Of a stretch of 64,000 bases of DNA, positions 54,186 through 63,980 are shown piece after piece; position 1 is the first letter of the stretch; each line of letters starts with the position of its first letter. A model generated the notes under the pieces. That model saw only the letters and a program-made list of their open reading frames with translations, had not been told where the DNA came from and made no database searches. The stretch is from Elusimicrobiota bacterium (GTDB lineage Bacteria; Elusimicrobiota; Elusimicrobia; Elusimicrobiales; UBA9959). A program made the position numbers and the translations under genes. The stretch covers positions 12,771 to 76,770 of the forward strand of contig JAGVVD010000037.1 of the NCBI GenBank assembly GCA_019135865.1. Direction: 5' to 3'.

Positions 54186-54937
54186 GCCCGCCCCCCCCTC
54201 TCGCGCGAGAGCCGCTCCAGCGCCTCGCGCTCGCGGCGGCTGAGCGACTCCATGCCCGAGGACGAGATCTTGTCCAGCAGTCGGTCCAGCTCGGCCTGCG
54301 GGTCATAAGCGGGGCGCGGGGCCGGCCGGGCCCGGTCCGCGAACCTGGTCAAAAAAATGGGCGGGCGCGCGATGACCCAGCCGGCCGCCAGGCCCCCGAG
54401 ATGAGCCGTGCTGGCTATCCCCGGGTTTGAACCCGACAGGCTCATGGCCAGCTCGACCACCGCCAGCAGTATGACCAGCGCCCGGGCGGACATCGGGAAA
54501 AGAAAATAGAGCCGCACTACGGCGTCGGGGTTCAGGGCGGCGAAGGCGCCCAGCAGGCCGAAGACGGCCCCGGAGGCCCCGATGACCGGTATGCGCGACT
54601 GCGGGGCGACGGCCACGGTCAGGAAAGCCGCCGCCAGGGCGCACCAGAAGAGCAGCCTGCCGTAGCGGAAGGACCCCATTCCCTCCTCCATCATGCCGCC
54701 CAGCGTCCATATAAGGAAACAATTGAAGACCAGGTGCAGGACGCCGCCATGCGGGAAGACATAGGTAAGCAGCCGCCAGAGTTCCCCCTTCATGACCATG
54801 GCGGGAATAAGGCCGAACCAGCCGTTCACAAAATAGGGAGCGAAAAGTCCGGCCAGGTAGAAGGCGAAGCAGGCGGCCAACAGGTAACGGGTTACCGGCG
54901 GGAGCGAACGGAAGCGCGAGGGACCGAGCAGCAGCAT
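54182..54937 (-). CDS. Rhomboid-family intramembrane serine protease
   Basis: Six TM segments. WRLLTYVFPHGGVLHLVFN, the catalytic Ser in GASGAVFGLLGA and the catalytic His in AHLGGLAAG. Helical C-terminal tail. Confidence 0.88.
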   Translation of the reverse strand: MLLLGPSRFRSLPPVTRYLLAACFAFYLAGLFAPYFVNGWFGLIPAMVMKGELWRLLTYVFPHGGVLHLVFNCFLIWTLGGMMEEGMGSFRYGRLLFWCALAAAFLTVAVAPQSRIPVIGASGAVFGLLGAFAALNPDAVVRLYFLFPMSARALVILLAVVELAMSLSGSNPGIASTAHLGGLAAGWVIARPPIFLTRFADRARPAPRPAYDPQAELDRLLDKISSSGMESLSRREREALERLSRERGGRA

Positions 54938-57501
54938 TAACCGAGTTTCTCCATCTCCAGCCAGTCGGGACCGGCCTTAACGTCGGCGCGCAGCGGCACG
55001 TCCAGCCGCCAGGCGCCCTCCATCTCTTTTTTGACCAAAGCGGCCAGCCAGGAGGAGTCGACTTTCTTAACCTCAAAGATGAGCTCGTCGTGGACCTGGA
55101 GGAGCATCCTGGCCCTGGCCGCTTCCCCGCGCAGGCGGGCGTGCACGGCCAGCATGGCTTTCTTTATTATCTCGGCCGAGCCTCCCTGCACCGGCGTATT
55201 GACGGCCGAGCGCTCGGCGAAGGCGCGCAGGTTGGGATTGGAGGCCTTTATGTCCGGGATAAGCCGGCGGCGGCCGGCGAAAGTGGCCACATAGCCGTCG
55301 CGGCGGGCGGCTTCCAGCACCCGTTCCGTCCAGGTCCTCACCCCGGAATAGACGCCGAAATACCGCTCTATATAATCGGCGGCCTCGCGGCGGCTTATGC
55401 CCAGCTCGCGCGAGAGGCCCTGCGCCGTCTGGCCGTAGACGATGCCGAAATTGACGGCCTTGGCCACGCGCCGCTGGTCGGCCGTGACCAGCTCCGGCAT
55501 GCAGCCGAAGACCTCGGCGGCGGTGCGGGAATGGATGTCCTCGCCCGCGCGGAAAGCGGCGCAGAGGGCCGGATCGCCGCTGAGATGGGCAAGCACCCGC
55601 AGGTCTATCTGCGAATAGTCGGCCGAGAGCAGGACATGCCCCTCCGAGGCGGCGAAGGCGCGGCGGACCTCGCGGCCCTGCGCCGTGCGCACCGGGATAT
55701 TCTGGAGATTGGGGCGGGAGCTCGAGAAGCGGCCGGTGGCCGCGCCGGCCTGGTCGAAACTGGTATGGACGCGGCCCTCCGCGTCGGCCAGCTCCCTCAG
55801 GTTGTCCACGAAAGAGGATTTCAGCTTGGCCGCCTCGCGGTGGGCGAGTATGCGGGCGATGGCGGGATGGGCCGCGGACAGCGCGGTCAGCGCCTCTTCA
55901 CCGGTCGAATAGCCGCCGCTCTTGGTCTTGAACATCCGCTTCTGCGTCTTATCCAGCTGGATATTGAACTTGCCGTAGATGAGTTCGGAGAGCTGCTTGG
56001 GGGAATTGAGGTTGACGTCGTAACCCGCGGCCTGGCGCACGTCGGCCTCGGCGGCGGCCATCTCGGCCTCCAGGAGCCCGCTGAGCTTCTCCAGCGCGCC
56101 GCGGTCCACCTTTATGCCGAAAGCCTCCATCGAGTGGACGGCCTCGACCAGCGGCAGTTCGGTCTCCGAATAGAGCGGGCCCATGCCCGCGGCTTCCAGC
56201 TCTTTCAGGAGTTCTTTCGCGGCCGCGGGCAGTGCCGCGCAGCAGACCGGCAGGCCGCCGGGGCCCTCGGCCGCGTGCACCCCGGCCTTCTCCATGACCA
56301 GCCGCGAAAGGACGCTGGCGCGGGAACCGGAGGCCGCCAACTGGTAGGCCAGCCCGGCCTCGGTGAAGTTCCCTAGACGGGCGTCCGGCGGAGCGCCCAG
56401 CAGGCGCAGCAGGTCCTTGAAGAAAAAAGCGGTCTTATGCCGGGCCGGGTCGAGCAGGGCGGAGAGGAGTTTCCGCTTCTCCTCCGCTCCCAGCAGGCCG
56501 GCCTCGGAGAGGAAGAACTTCCCCCCGCCTCCGGCGCAGACCCAGTCCTCCTCCAGCGCGGCGCAAAGTTCTTTGCCCGCCGCCTCCAGGGCCTCTTCCA
56601 GGCCGGCGGTCTCGGCCGCCGGAGCGGGGACCGACGACTGCGGGCCGGCCAGCGCCAGCAGGTCCTTGAATTCGAGACGCTCCCCGAGCTCCGCGGCCAG
56701 GGCCGCGTCGGGCGGCGACACTTTGAGCGCCTCCGCCGATATTTCCACCGGGACCCCTGTCTCGAGAGTCACCAGCTTTTTGGAAAGCCTGGCCATATCG
56801 GCCGAAGCCGCGGCCTTGGCGAGGGTCTTGTCGGCCGCCGTCTTCTCCGGGTCGGCCGCGGCCGCGAGTATCCCCTCCAGGCCGCCGTAGGACGCGATAA
56901 GCTTGAGGGCGCCTTTGGGCCCGATGCCGGCGGCGCCGGGCACATTATCGGAGGAATCGCCCACCAGCGCGAAATAATCGGTTATCAGGGAGGGAGGCAC
57001 GCCGAACTTCTTCTCCACATCGGCCGGGCCTTTTAATTCCCCGGCGGAGCCGTCCCAGAGGCTGACGTCGGGGCCGACCAGCTGGGCGGCGTCCTTGTCG
57101 GTGGTGACCAGCACGCAGTGATAGCCCGCGGCCCCGAGCTTAGCCGCGGCGGCGGCCAGCAGGTCGTCCGCCTCGTAGCCGTCCGCGAAGAGCACCGGCA
57201 GGCCCGCCGCGCGCGCCAGGTCGCGGGCCAGCGCCAGCTGCGCCTTGAGCGCCGGTTCGGTCGGGGGCCTGTTGGCCTTGTACTCGGGGTAGGACTCCTC
57301 CCTCAGCGTTTTGGCGGGGGAGTCGAAACAGACGCAGGCGGCGGCGGGCTTCTTCTCGCGCATTATCTTGAGGAGCAGGCGCAGGAAACCGTAAAGCGCG
57401 CCGACCTCCTCGCCTTTGGAGGTGGAGAGCTTGGGCAGCGCGTGGTAGCTCCTGTGCAGAAAGCCGTGCGCGTCTATCAGGTAGGCCTGTTTTTTCTGCA
57501 T
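54937..57501 (-). CDS. polA: DNA polymerase I
   Basis: 5-prime nuclease domain (YLIDAHGFLHRSYHALP, SDNVPGAAGIGPKGA). Polymerase motifs (LLSADYSQIDLRVLAH, RRVAKAVNFGIVYG, LLQVHDELIFEV). 854 aa. Confidence 0.95.
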   Translation of the reverse strand: MQKKQAYLIDAHGFLHRSYHALPKLSTSKGEEVGALYGFLRLLLKIMREKKPAAACVCFDSPAKTLREESYPEYKANRPPTEPALKAQLALARDLARAAGLPVLFADGYEADDLLAAAAAKLGAAGYHCVLVTTDKDAAQLVGPDVSLWDGSAGELKGPADVEKKFGVPPSLITDYFALVGDSSDNVPGAAGIGPKGALKLIASYGGLEGILAAAADPEKTAADKTLAKAAASADMARLSKKLVTLETGVPVEISAEALKVSPPDAALAAELGERLEFKDLLALAGPQSSVPAPAAETAGLEEALEAAGKELCAALEEDWVCAGGGGKFFLSEAGLLGAEEKRKLLSALLDPARHKTAFFFKDLLRLLGAPPDARLGNFTEAGLAYQLAASGSRASVLSRLVMEKAGVHAAEGPGGLPVCCAALPAAAKELLKELEAAGMGPLYSETELPLVEAVHSMEAFGIKVDRGALEKLSGLLEAEMAAAEADVRQAAGYDVNLNSPKQLSELIYGKFNIQLDKTQKRMFKTKSGGYSTGEEALTALSAAHPAIARILAHREAAKLKSSFVDNLRELADAEGRVHTSFDQAGAATGRFSSSRPNLQNIPVRTAQGREVRRAFAASEGHVLLSADYSQIDLRVLAHLSGDPALCAAFRAGEDIHSRTAAEVFGCMPELVTADQRRVAKAVNFGIVYGQTAQGLSRELGISRREAADYIERYFGVYSGVRTWTERVLEAARRDGYVATFAGRRRLIPDIKASNPNLRAFAERSAVNTPVQGGSAEIIKKAMLAVHARLRGEAARARMLLQVHDELIFEVKKVDSSWLAALVKKEMEGAWRLDVPLRADVKAGPDWLEMEKLG

Positions 57502-57524
57502 TAAAGAAAAGGGAACGGGAGGAG

Positions 57525-57565
57525 AAAGGAAAAGACCGGCCCCCGCCCGCCCCCCGGGCGGGCGG
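57525..57565 (-). terminator. Candidate intrinsic terminator after trxA
   Basis: Stem ccgcccgcc (57543-57551) pairs with ggcgggcgg (57557-57565). In the minus-strand sense it is followed, after 7 nt, by TCTTTTCCTTTCTCC. Confidence 0.5.
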
Positions 57566-57580
57566 AGGCCTTACGGACGC

Positions 57581-57904
57581 TCAGAGCAGCGAGTCCATGA
57601 TCTTCTTGAGCTCTTCCCTGGGCTGCAGGCCAACGGCGTCCTTGACCATCTTGCCGCCCTTGAAGAAAAGTATCGTCGGGATGGCCGAGATCTGGAACCT
57701 GGAGGCGGTCTCGGGGTTCTCGTCGGTGTTGAGCTTGCACACCTTGATCCTGCCGTCGTATTCCTTGGCCAGTTCCTCTATGACGGGGCCGATCATGCGG
57801 CACGGGCCGCACCAGGGAGCCCAGAAATCCACCAGCACCGGGATGCCGCTTTTCACTACCTCCTGCTCGAAATTGGCGTCGGTCAGCTGTATCTCGTTCG
57901 ACAT
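57581..57904 (-). CDS. trxA: Thioredoxin
   Basis: VLVDFWAPWCGPCRMIGPVIEELA, 107 aa. Confidence 0.96.
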   Translation of the reverse strand: MSNEIQLTDANFEQEVVKSGIPVLVDFWAPWCGPCRMIGPVIEELAKEYDGRIKVCKLNTDENPETASRFQISAIPTILFFKGGKMVKDAVGLQPREELKKIMDSLL

Positions 57905-57978
57905 ATGATCGTCTCCTTTGCTTCCGGTCTACTCTAGATAACTGTTTTCCGCTTTTCCTGTCAAGCCGGGGCGCCCGC

Positions 57979-58374
57979 TCAGGGTTTCCCGCCGCCGCTG
58001 CGGTCCAGCAGGTACTTTATCTCCTTCCAGAGCTCGTCGATGTCTATCGGCTTGGAGAAGAAGGACGCCGCGCCGCCCAGGACGGCCTCGGCCCGGTCGG
58101 CGGGCTCGGTGTACTTGGCCGAGATGAAGATCACCGGCACGTCCTTGAGCCTGTCGGAGTCCTTGATGATCTTCATGAACTCGATGCCGTGCATGTCGGG
58201 CAGCTGGACGTCCAGGATGATCAGCGAGGGCTTGGTCCCGGCCAGCGCGTCCAGGCCCTCCCTGGCGGACTTGGCGACCTTTATCTCGGCGTCGACCTGC
58301 TTGAGGCGCAGGCCGTCCTCCAGCGTCTCGATGAAGTTCCTGTCGTCGTCCACTATCAGCAGTTTTATGGGCAT
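57979..58374 (-). CDS. Stand-alone response regulator receiver domain (CheY-like)
   Basis: MPIKLLIVDDDRNF...LIILDVQLPDMHG...VIFISAK. 131 aa, no output domain. Confidence 0.9.
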   Translation of the reverse strand: MPIKLLIVDDDRNFIETLEDGLRLKQVDAEIKVAKSAREGLDALAGTKPSLIILDVQLPDMHGIEFMKIIKDSDRLKDVPVIFISAKYTEPADRAEAVLGGAASFFSKPIDIDELWKEIKYLLDRSGGGKP

Positions 58375-58378
58375 AAAT

Positions 58379-59119
58379 TCAGAACCCCAGGCTCAGGCGC
58401 TCCACCAGCATCGGCGGCAGGCCGGCCTCGCGCATGACGCGCTTGGTCTTCTCCACGTCGTACTCCAGGCGGAACAGCTCGAAAGTGCGCGCCTCGGAGT
58501 CGTAGAGACCGCAGGACGCCAGCGGGTTGCTGTCGCGGGGCTGGCCGACCGAACCGGGATTGATGATGTAGCGGGCCTCCGGCTCGAGGCGCACCGTGTG
58601 CATGGGCCTGAGGAAATCGGTGGCGGGGAGAGCGTTCTCCCCCTCCAGCGAGAAATAGACGGGCATATGCGAATGCCCGATGAAGCAGGGCGAGACCTTC
58701 CAGTAGCTCAGGTTCTCCATGAACTGCAGTTCGCTGAGCAGGTATTCCTTGAGATGGCTCTTGGGCGAGCCGTGGACCAGCGTGAAATCCCCCCGCTCCA
58801 CCATCTCCGGCAGGTCCGCTATGAACTGCAATTGATCGCCGCGCAGGAAATGGCGGTTGTAGAGTATGGCGGCCGTGGCGGTGGGGTTGAACCATTTCAG
58901 GTCCATGCGGCCCACCAGCGCCGCGTCGTGGTTGCCCATGACGCAGTGCAGATCTGGCAGCGGCGTGATGGCGTCCACGCACTCGGAGGCCTGGGCCCCG
59001 TAGCCGGCTATGTCGCCGCAGCAGATATGGCCCCCGACGCCGCTCTTGCGAAAGAACGCCAGCACGGCCTTGAGGGCCTCGTAGTTGCCGTGCACGTCGG
59101 AGAAGACGCCGTAGAGCAT
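58379..59119 (-). CDS. Calcineurin-like metallophosphoesterase (YfcE/MJ0936-like)
   Basis: MLYGVFSDVHGNYEAL, CCGDIAGYG, VMGNHD, LVHGSP, GHSHMP and INPGSVGQPRD. Start moved to ATG 59119, because the ORF-track 753-aa form runs out of frame through smc. Confidence 0.88.
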   Translation of the reverse strand: MLYGVFSDVHGNYEALKAVLAFFRKSGVGGHICCGDIAGYGAQASECVDAITPLPDLHCVMGNHDAALVGRMDLKWFNPTATAAILYNRHFLRGDQLQFIADLPEMVERGDFTLVHGSPKSHLKEYLLSELQFMENLSYWKVSPCFIGHSHMPVYFSLEGENALPATDFLRPMHTVRLEPEARYIINPGSVGQPRDSNPLASCGLYDSEARTFELFRLEYDVEKTKRVMREAGLPPMLVERLSLGF

Positions 59120-59130
59120 CGCTTCGCGGC

Positions 59131-62100
59131 TCAGGCCGCCGCCGGCTCCTTTTCTGCCGGCGGGTTCTCGGCCAGGGCCTCGGCCTTGCGCAGGTCCACC
59201 GAAATGACCTTGGAGACGCCGGCCTCCTCCATCGTCACGCCGTAAAGCACGTCGGCGGCCTCCATCGTGCGCTTGTTGTGGGTTATGACCACGAACTGCG
59301 TGCCGGAGGCGAATTCCTTGATCAGGCGCACGAAGCGCTCCACGTTGGCGTCGTCGAGCGGGGCGTCGGCCTCGTCCATGATGCAGAAAGGCGAGGGATT
59401 CACGCAGAAGAAACTGAAGAGGAGCGCCAGCGCGGTCAGCGCCTGCTCGCCGCCCGAGAGCTGCGAGATGCTGATGAGCTTCTTGCCGGGCGGGTGCGCC
59501 ACTATCTCCACGCCGGTCTCCAGCAGGTTGTCCGGCTGGGTCAGGATCAGGCTGGCCTCGCCGCCGTTGAAGAGCAGCGCGTAGATCTGCTTGAAGTGCA
59601 GCTGCACCTTGTCGAAGGTGGTCTTGAAGTTCTCGCGGGTGGTCTCGTTGATCTTGGAGATGGCCGAGCGCAGGTCGGCCTTGGCCTTGTTGAGGTCCTC
59701 CACCTGCGAGTTCATGAAATTGTGGCGGCTGGTCAGCGCCTCGTACTCCTCGGGCGCGGTCATGTTGATGGGGCCCATGTTCTCCAGGCGGCGGCGCAGG
59801 TTCTTCACCCGTTCCGGGTCCACTTCCACGGCGCCGTACTTCTCCTTGGCCTCCAGGTAGCTGGTGGTCCAGTCGTCGGCCAGCCGGCGGCCCAGGTCGT
59901 CGACGCGGGTGGCGGCCGTGTTGACGCGCAGGTCTATCTCGTGGCGCTTCTGCTCGTTCTCCGAGAGCAGCTGCTTCTGCTCGTTGATGCGGGCGCGGTA
60001 ACTTTCGAGCTGGTTCTTCATCTCGTTGAGCTCGGCGCCCAGCTGTTCCAGCACCACCTCGCGCTCTTTGAGCCGGCCGCGCAGGTTCTCCGCGGAGGCG
60101 CGTGCCTCCTGGGCCCCGCGTGTCAGGCGCTCGGCGCGCTCCGTCAGCTCGGCCTTGCGGGCGCCCAGCTCGGCCAGCTGCCCGGCGATGCGCTCGCGCT
60201 GCGCGGCGAGGGTCGCGAGCTGCCGCCGCATGAAATCGACGTTCTGGCCGTGGCTCTCCAGGCCGGCCTTGCGCCGGCCCGATTCGAGGCGCATCTCGTC
60301 GGCCTGCGCCTGCAGCCCGGACTTGCGCGCGGTAAGGCCGGCTATCTCGGCGCGGGCGGCCTCCGAGGCGGCGCGCGCGGCCTCTATCCTGCCGTCGAGC
60401 TCGGCCGAACGGGCCAGGGACTGCTCCAGGGCGGCGCGCTTCTTCTCCAGGTCGGAGCGCGCTCCTTCCTCGTTCCTGACCCTTACCTCCAGCAGTTCCT
60501 TCTCCTGCTCGGCCTCCTTCTCCAGGCCGTGGCGGGCTATCCGCCGAGAATTTATCCTCTCGGAGAGGGAGCCGATGGTCCCGGCCAGGCCGGACAGACG
60601 GGCGCCCAGTCCCTCCTTTTTGGCGGAAAGGGAGGAGCACTCCTCCTGCAGCGAGGCGATGCGGGCCTTGAGCTCGTCGGCCTCGCCCCAGTAGGGCTCG
60701 TTGGAGGAGACCTCCTCCACGCCGCCGGACAGCCAGAAGGAGCCGTGCACGGAACCGCCGGAGAGGTAGACGCCGGAGAAAAGATGGTCCAGCAGCGGGG
60801 CCAGCTCGGGGGCGGAAGCCACGCGCTCGCGCAGGCGCTGCGCGCCGCCGGCATCCAGCGGCCGCGCGGCCCCGGCGGGAACGCGGTCCAGCGCGATGAA
60901 ACGGCAGCGGCCCTTGCCCAGGTGGCGCAGGTACTCGATGGCCTCGCCCGCCTTCTCGGCGGAATCGACGACCACGGCGTCCATGAAGCGGCCCAGGGCC
61001 TCTTCGGCCGCGAGCTTGTCCTCTTTGCGCACCTCGAGCAGGTGGCGCAGCGTGCCGCGCACGCCCTGTATGCCGGAATTGACCACGGCGTTGATGCCGA
61101 CCCAGTAGGAATCCTTTTCGCCCTGGGCCAGTATGGCCTCCAGGCGGGACGAGGCGCCGGACAGTTCCTCGCGGGCGGCGCCCAGGCGGGTCTCGGCGGC
61201 GGCCAGTTCGGCGGCGGCGGCGTCCCGCTCGGTCCCGGCGGCGGCCAGCGCGGCCCCGTCGGCCTCCAGCGCGGCGGCGGCCTCGGCGAGGCCGGCCGAG
61301 AGCCCGGCGAGCTTCGCCTCGTGCTCCGCCTTCTGCCGGGCGAGCTCCTCCAGGTCCTTCTCCAGGCCCGCGAGGTCCTCGCGCAAATGCGTGATATCGG
61401 ATTCGGCGGCGGCCTTGTCGCGCGAGAGCCCCATCTCCTCCTGGTAGGCGGCGGTGACCCTGGCCTCCACGGCCGCGGCCTCGCCGGAAATGCGCGAAAA
61501 TTCCTGCTCCTGGGCGGCGAGGCGGCCGTTGAGCGCGTCGTATTCGGCCTTGAGACCCTCGAAGCCGGCCTCCAGCTCCGACAGCTTCGCGGAGGTCCCG
61601 GCGGATTCGGCCTCCAGCTTCGCGTCGTCCTCGCGGTCGATCCGCTCCTGCCTCTCCGCGGAGGAGAAGGCGGCGCGGCTCTCCTCGGCCAGTTTAAGAT
61701 CGTTTATGGACCTGCCCTCGAGCTGGGTGACCTCGGAGCGCAGCGAATAGACGGCCTCCATGGCCAGGCGCTCGTCGTTCTGCTTCTGCACGGCGGCCAG
61801 GTTGAGCGCGCCCTGCTCGCCCTCCAGGGCCGTGACCGCGGCGGAAAGTTCCTTCGTCTCGGCCTCGACCGGCTCGAGCGCCCGCTTCTCCTCGTCCATC
61901 TGCGCCCGCAGCGCGCCTATCTCGCGCACCAGCAGCGCTATCTCGCCCGCGGAGAGCTCTTCCTTGTACTTCTGCTGCAGCTTGGCCTTGCGGGCCTCGC
62001 TCTCGAGCTTCTTGATCTGTTCGTCGATGAGGGTCATCGAGTCGGCCAGCCGCGCCAGGTCCTGGTCCACTTTCTCCAGGCGCCTTATGGCCTCCTCGCG

Positions 62101-62619
62101 CTTGGCCTTGTACTTGGAGACGCCGGCGGCCTCCTCGAAGAGCTCGCGCCGGGCCTCGGGATTGGCCTTGAGCACGGCGTTGACGCCGCCCTGGTCGATG
62201 ATGGCGTAGCCGTCGGCGCCGATGCCGGTGTCCAGGAACATCTCGCGGATGTCCTTGAGGCGGCACTGCACGCGGTTGATGAAGTACTCGGACTCGTCCG
62301 AGCGGTAGATCTTGCGGGTGGTGGTGACCTCGCTGAAGTCCAGCGGCAGCTTGCGGCCCTCGTTATCGAAGGTCATCGAGACCTCGGCCACGTTGAGCGG
62401 CTGGCGCTTCTCGGTGCCCGCGAAGATGACGTCCATCATGGACGGCAGGCGCAGCTGCTTCCAGGACATCTCGCCTATGCACCAGCGTATGGCGTCCACC
62501 ACGTTGGACTTGCCGCAGCCGTTGGGGCCGACTATGCAGGTCACGCCGGGCTTGAGCGGTATCTTGACGCGGTTGGCGAAGGATTTGAAACCGTAGACTT
62601 CCAGGGCTTTAAGGTACAT
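59131..62619 (-). CDS. smc: Chromosome partition protein Smc
   Basis: N-terminal Walker A (IVGPNGCGKSNVVDAIRW), long coiled coils, a hinge (GVRGTLRHLLEV...ALGRFMDAVVVDS...CRFIALDRV) and a C-terminal signature/Walker B (LSGGEQALTALALLFS...PFCIMDEADAPLD). Confidence 0.96.
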   Translation of the reverse strand: MYLKALEVYGFKSFANRVKIPLKPGVTCIVGPNGCGKSNVVDAIRWCIGEMSWKQLRLPSMMDVIFAGTEKRQPLNVAEVSMTFDNEGRKLPLDFSEVTTTRKIYRSDESEYFINRVQCRLKDIREMFLDTGIGADGYAIIDQGGVNAVLKANPEARRELFEEAAGVSKYKAKREEAIRRLEKVDQDLARLADSMTLIDEQIKKLESEARKAKLQQKYKEELSAGEIALLVREIGALRAQMDEEKRALEPVEAETKELSAAVTALEGEQGALNLAAVQKQNDERLAMEAVYSLRSEVTQLEGRSINDLKLAEESRAAFSSAERQERIDREDDAKLEAESAGTSAKLSELEAGFEGLKAEYDALNGRLAAQEQEFSRISGEAAAVEARVTAAYQEEMGLSRDKAAAESDITHLREDLAGLEKDLEELARQKAEHEAKLAGLSAGLAEAAAALEADGAALAAAGTERDAAAAELAAAETRLGAAREELSGASSRLEAILAQGEKDSYWVGINAVVNSGIQGVRGTLRHLLEVRKEDKLAAEEALGRFMDAVVVDSAEKAGEAIEYLRHLGKGRCRFIALDRVPAGAARPLDAGGAQRLRERVASAPELAPLLDHLFSGVYLSGGSVHGSFWLSGGVEEVSSNEPYWGEADELKARIASLQEECSSLSAKKEGLGARLSGLAGTIGSLSERINSRRIARHGLEKEAEQEKELLEVRVRNEEGARSDLEKKRAALEQSLARSAELDGRIEAARAASEAARAEIAGLTARKSGLQAQADEMRLESGRRKAGLESHGQNVDFMRRQLATLAAQRERIAGQLAELGARKAELTERAERLTRGAQEARASAENLRGRLKEREVVLEQLGAELNEMKNQLESYRARINEQKQLLSENEQKRHEIDLRVNTAATRVDDLGRRLADDWTTSYLEAKEKYGAVEVDPERVKNLRRRLENMGPINMTAPEEYEALTSRHNFMNSQVEDLNKAKADLRSAISKINETTRENFKTTFDKVQLHFKQIYALLFNGGEASLILTQPDNLLETGVEIVAHPPGKKLISISQLSGGEQALTALALLFSFFCVNPSPFCIMDEADAPLDDANVERFVRLIKEFASGTQFVVITHNKRTMEAADVLYGVTMEEAGVSKVISVDLRKAEALAENPPAEKEPAAA

Positions 62620-62709
62620 TCAGGGGACCTCTTAAAACGGGCATGGCGACGAACGGCCGGCTTCCGGACCGGCCAATCATATGATTATATCATTATTGCC
62701 CGCCCGGTG

Positions 62710-62736
62710 AAAAAGGCCCGGGCGCGGGCCCGGGCC
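62710..62736 (-). terminator. Intrinsic terminator after the outer membrane protein gene
   Basis: Stem ggcccgggc (62715-62723) pairs with gcccgggcc (62728-62736) across the loop gcgg. In the minus-strand sense it is followed by TTTTT (plus-strand a-run 62710-62714). Confidence 0.8.
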
Positions 62737-62759
62737 TTCCATAGGGACGGCCTGAACCG

Positions 62760-63980
62760 TCAGTACGACAGCTGGTAGGCGATGCCGAAGCTGTTGCCCG
62801 TGTAATTGTAGGGCATGTACTGCTCGAACTCGTTGTTGGAGCTGGCCACCACCAGCGAATAGGACAGGCGCACCATGGCCACGTCGTTTATCCGCTTGCG
62901 GATGGAGCCGGTCAGCGTGGTCATCGTGTTCTCCTGCTTCTCGCCGGCGACGTAATTGTTGAACTTGTCGCGGCGCAGGCGGCTCTCGTAATTGCGCTTC
63001 ACCACGCTCATCGCGCCGCCCACGGCCCACTTGCTGGTGATGTTGAGGTCCAGCGGCACGCTGAACGAGAGCTCCTTGTAGGAGTAGTTGTCGGCCATGA
63101 AGTAGGGCGAGACGTCGCCGATGGACTTGTAGCGGATATAGTTCTGGTTGGAATCGTGCACGCTGTAGGCGATCACCGGGTAGAGCTCGAAGATCCAGAG
63201 CTTGTGATGGAAGCCGAAGTCCAGCGTGGTGGTGGTGTCCTCCTGTTTCTCGGAGGTATCGCCGTAGGTGGCGACCCCGGTCGCCCCCACCACTTTCTGG
63301 TTCTTGTACTTCTGCATGGTATAGGTCACGCCGCCGAAGAACTTGTTCCAGTTGGGGCGCAGCGAGACCTGCGTAAGCCGCTGGTCCTGCTGCCCGCCGG
63401 AAAGCTCGGAAGTGACGCTGGGGTTCATGAATTCCTGGAACAGGTCCGTGTAGTTGGGGAACTCGATGCTCCGCGTCAGGAACTGGGCCGTTATGAAGCC
63501 GTTGTGCGCGGCGTCGAAACTATAGTCCACCGCCAGCTGGAAGCCCTTGGACTCCGTGTTATAGAGGCCCTGGTCCCAGGTCTCGTTGGCGCCCGAGCGG
63601 GTATAATCCTTCGAGAGGCTTATACCGGGCCGCACCCGCCAGTGTCCGCCGAGCGAACGCCGGTACTCGAAGTTGAAGCCGTGCGTCAGCGTGCGGTCCG
63701 TGAACTGCTTGGTGTCCTGCGGGGCGAAGCCGGGACCGCCGTAGTTGAAGTTGTAGAGGCCGAAGACCTGGTCCTTCTCCGTTATCTTCGCCAGCAGGCC
63801 GACCTGCGTGTTGATGTTGCCGCCGCTGAAGATATTGCCCTCGCTGGGCATATAGCCGTTCTCGGCCAGCGTCATGTCGAAGAACGGCGTGAAGATCTTG
63901 GAACTTTCGGCCGTCGCGGCCGAAAGCCTGCCGGCCAGCCCCGCCGTTATCGCCAGAATAAGAGTGAGTTTTTTCATCAT
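62760..63980 (-). CDS. Hypothetical outer membrane beta-barrel protein (porin-like)
   Basis: Signal peptide MMKKLTLILAITAGLAGRLSAA. Alternating aromatic/Gly-rich strands throughout, with a C-terminus ...NSFGIAYQLSY that ends in an aromatic residue. No specific family recognised. Confidence 0.65.
   Translation of the reverse strand: MMKKLTLILAITAGLAGRLSAATAESSKIFTPFFDMTLAENGYMPSEGNIFSGGNINTQVGLLAKITEKDQVFGLYNFNYGGPGFAPQDTKQFTDRTLTHGFNFEYRRSLGGHWRVRPGISLSKDYTRSGANETWDQGLYNTESKGFQLAVDYSFDAAHNGFITAQFLTRSIEFPNYTDLFQEFMNPSVTSELSGGQQDQRLTQVSLRPNWNKFFGGVTYTMQKYKNQKVVGATGVATYGDTSEKQEDTTTTLDFGFHHKLWIFELYPVIAYSVHDSNQNYIRYKSIGDVSPYFMADNYSYKELSFSVPLDLNITSKWAVGGAMSVVKRNYESRLRRDKFNNYVAGEKQENTMTTLTGSIRKRINDVAMVRLSYSLVVASSNNEFEQYMPYNYTGNSFGIAYQLSY

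Noticed and set aside
59119-62619. smc plus the downstream metallophosphoesterase as an SbcCD-like nuclease pair
   Set aside because: The large protein has a genuine SMC hinge domain and SMC length (1162 aa). The phosphoesterase is a 246-aa YfcE/MJ0936-type enzyme, not an Mre11/SbcD type, and the gene order is the reverse of sbcDC.
59278-62778. 1166-aa plus-strand ORF covering the whole smc region
   Set aside because: It is antisense to an unmistakable Smc protein (Walker A, hinge, signature motif). Its translation is Gly/Arg/Ala/Leu-rich with no motifs. Long stop-free antisense frames are expected at this GC content.
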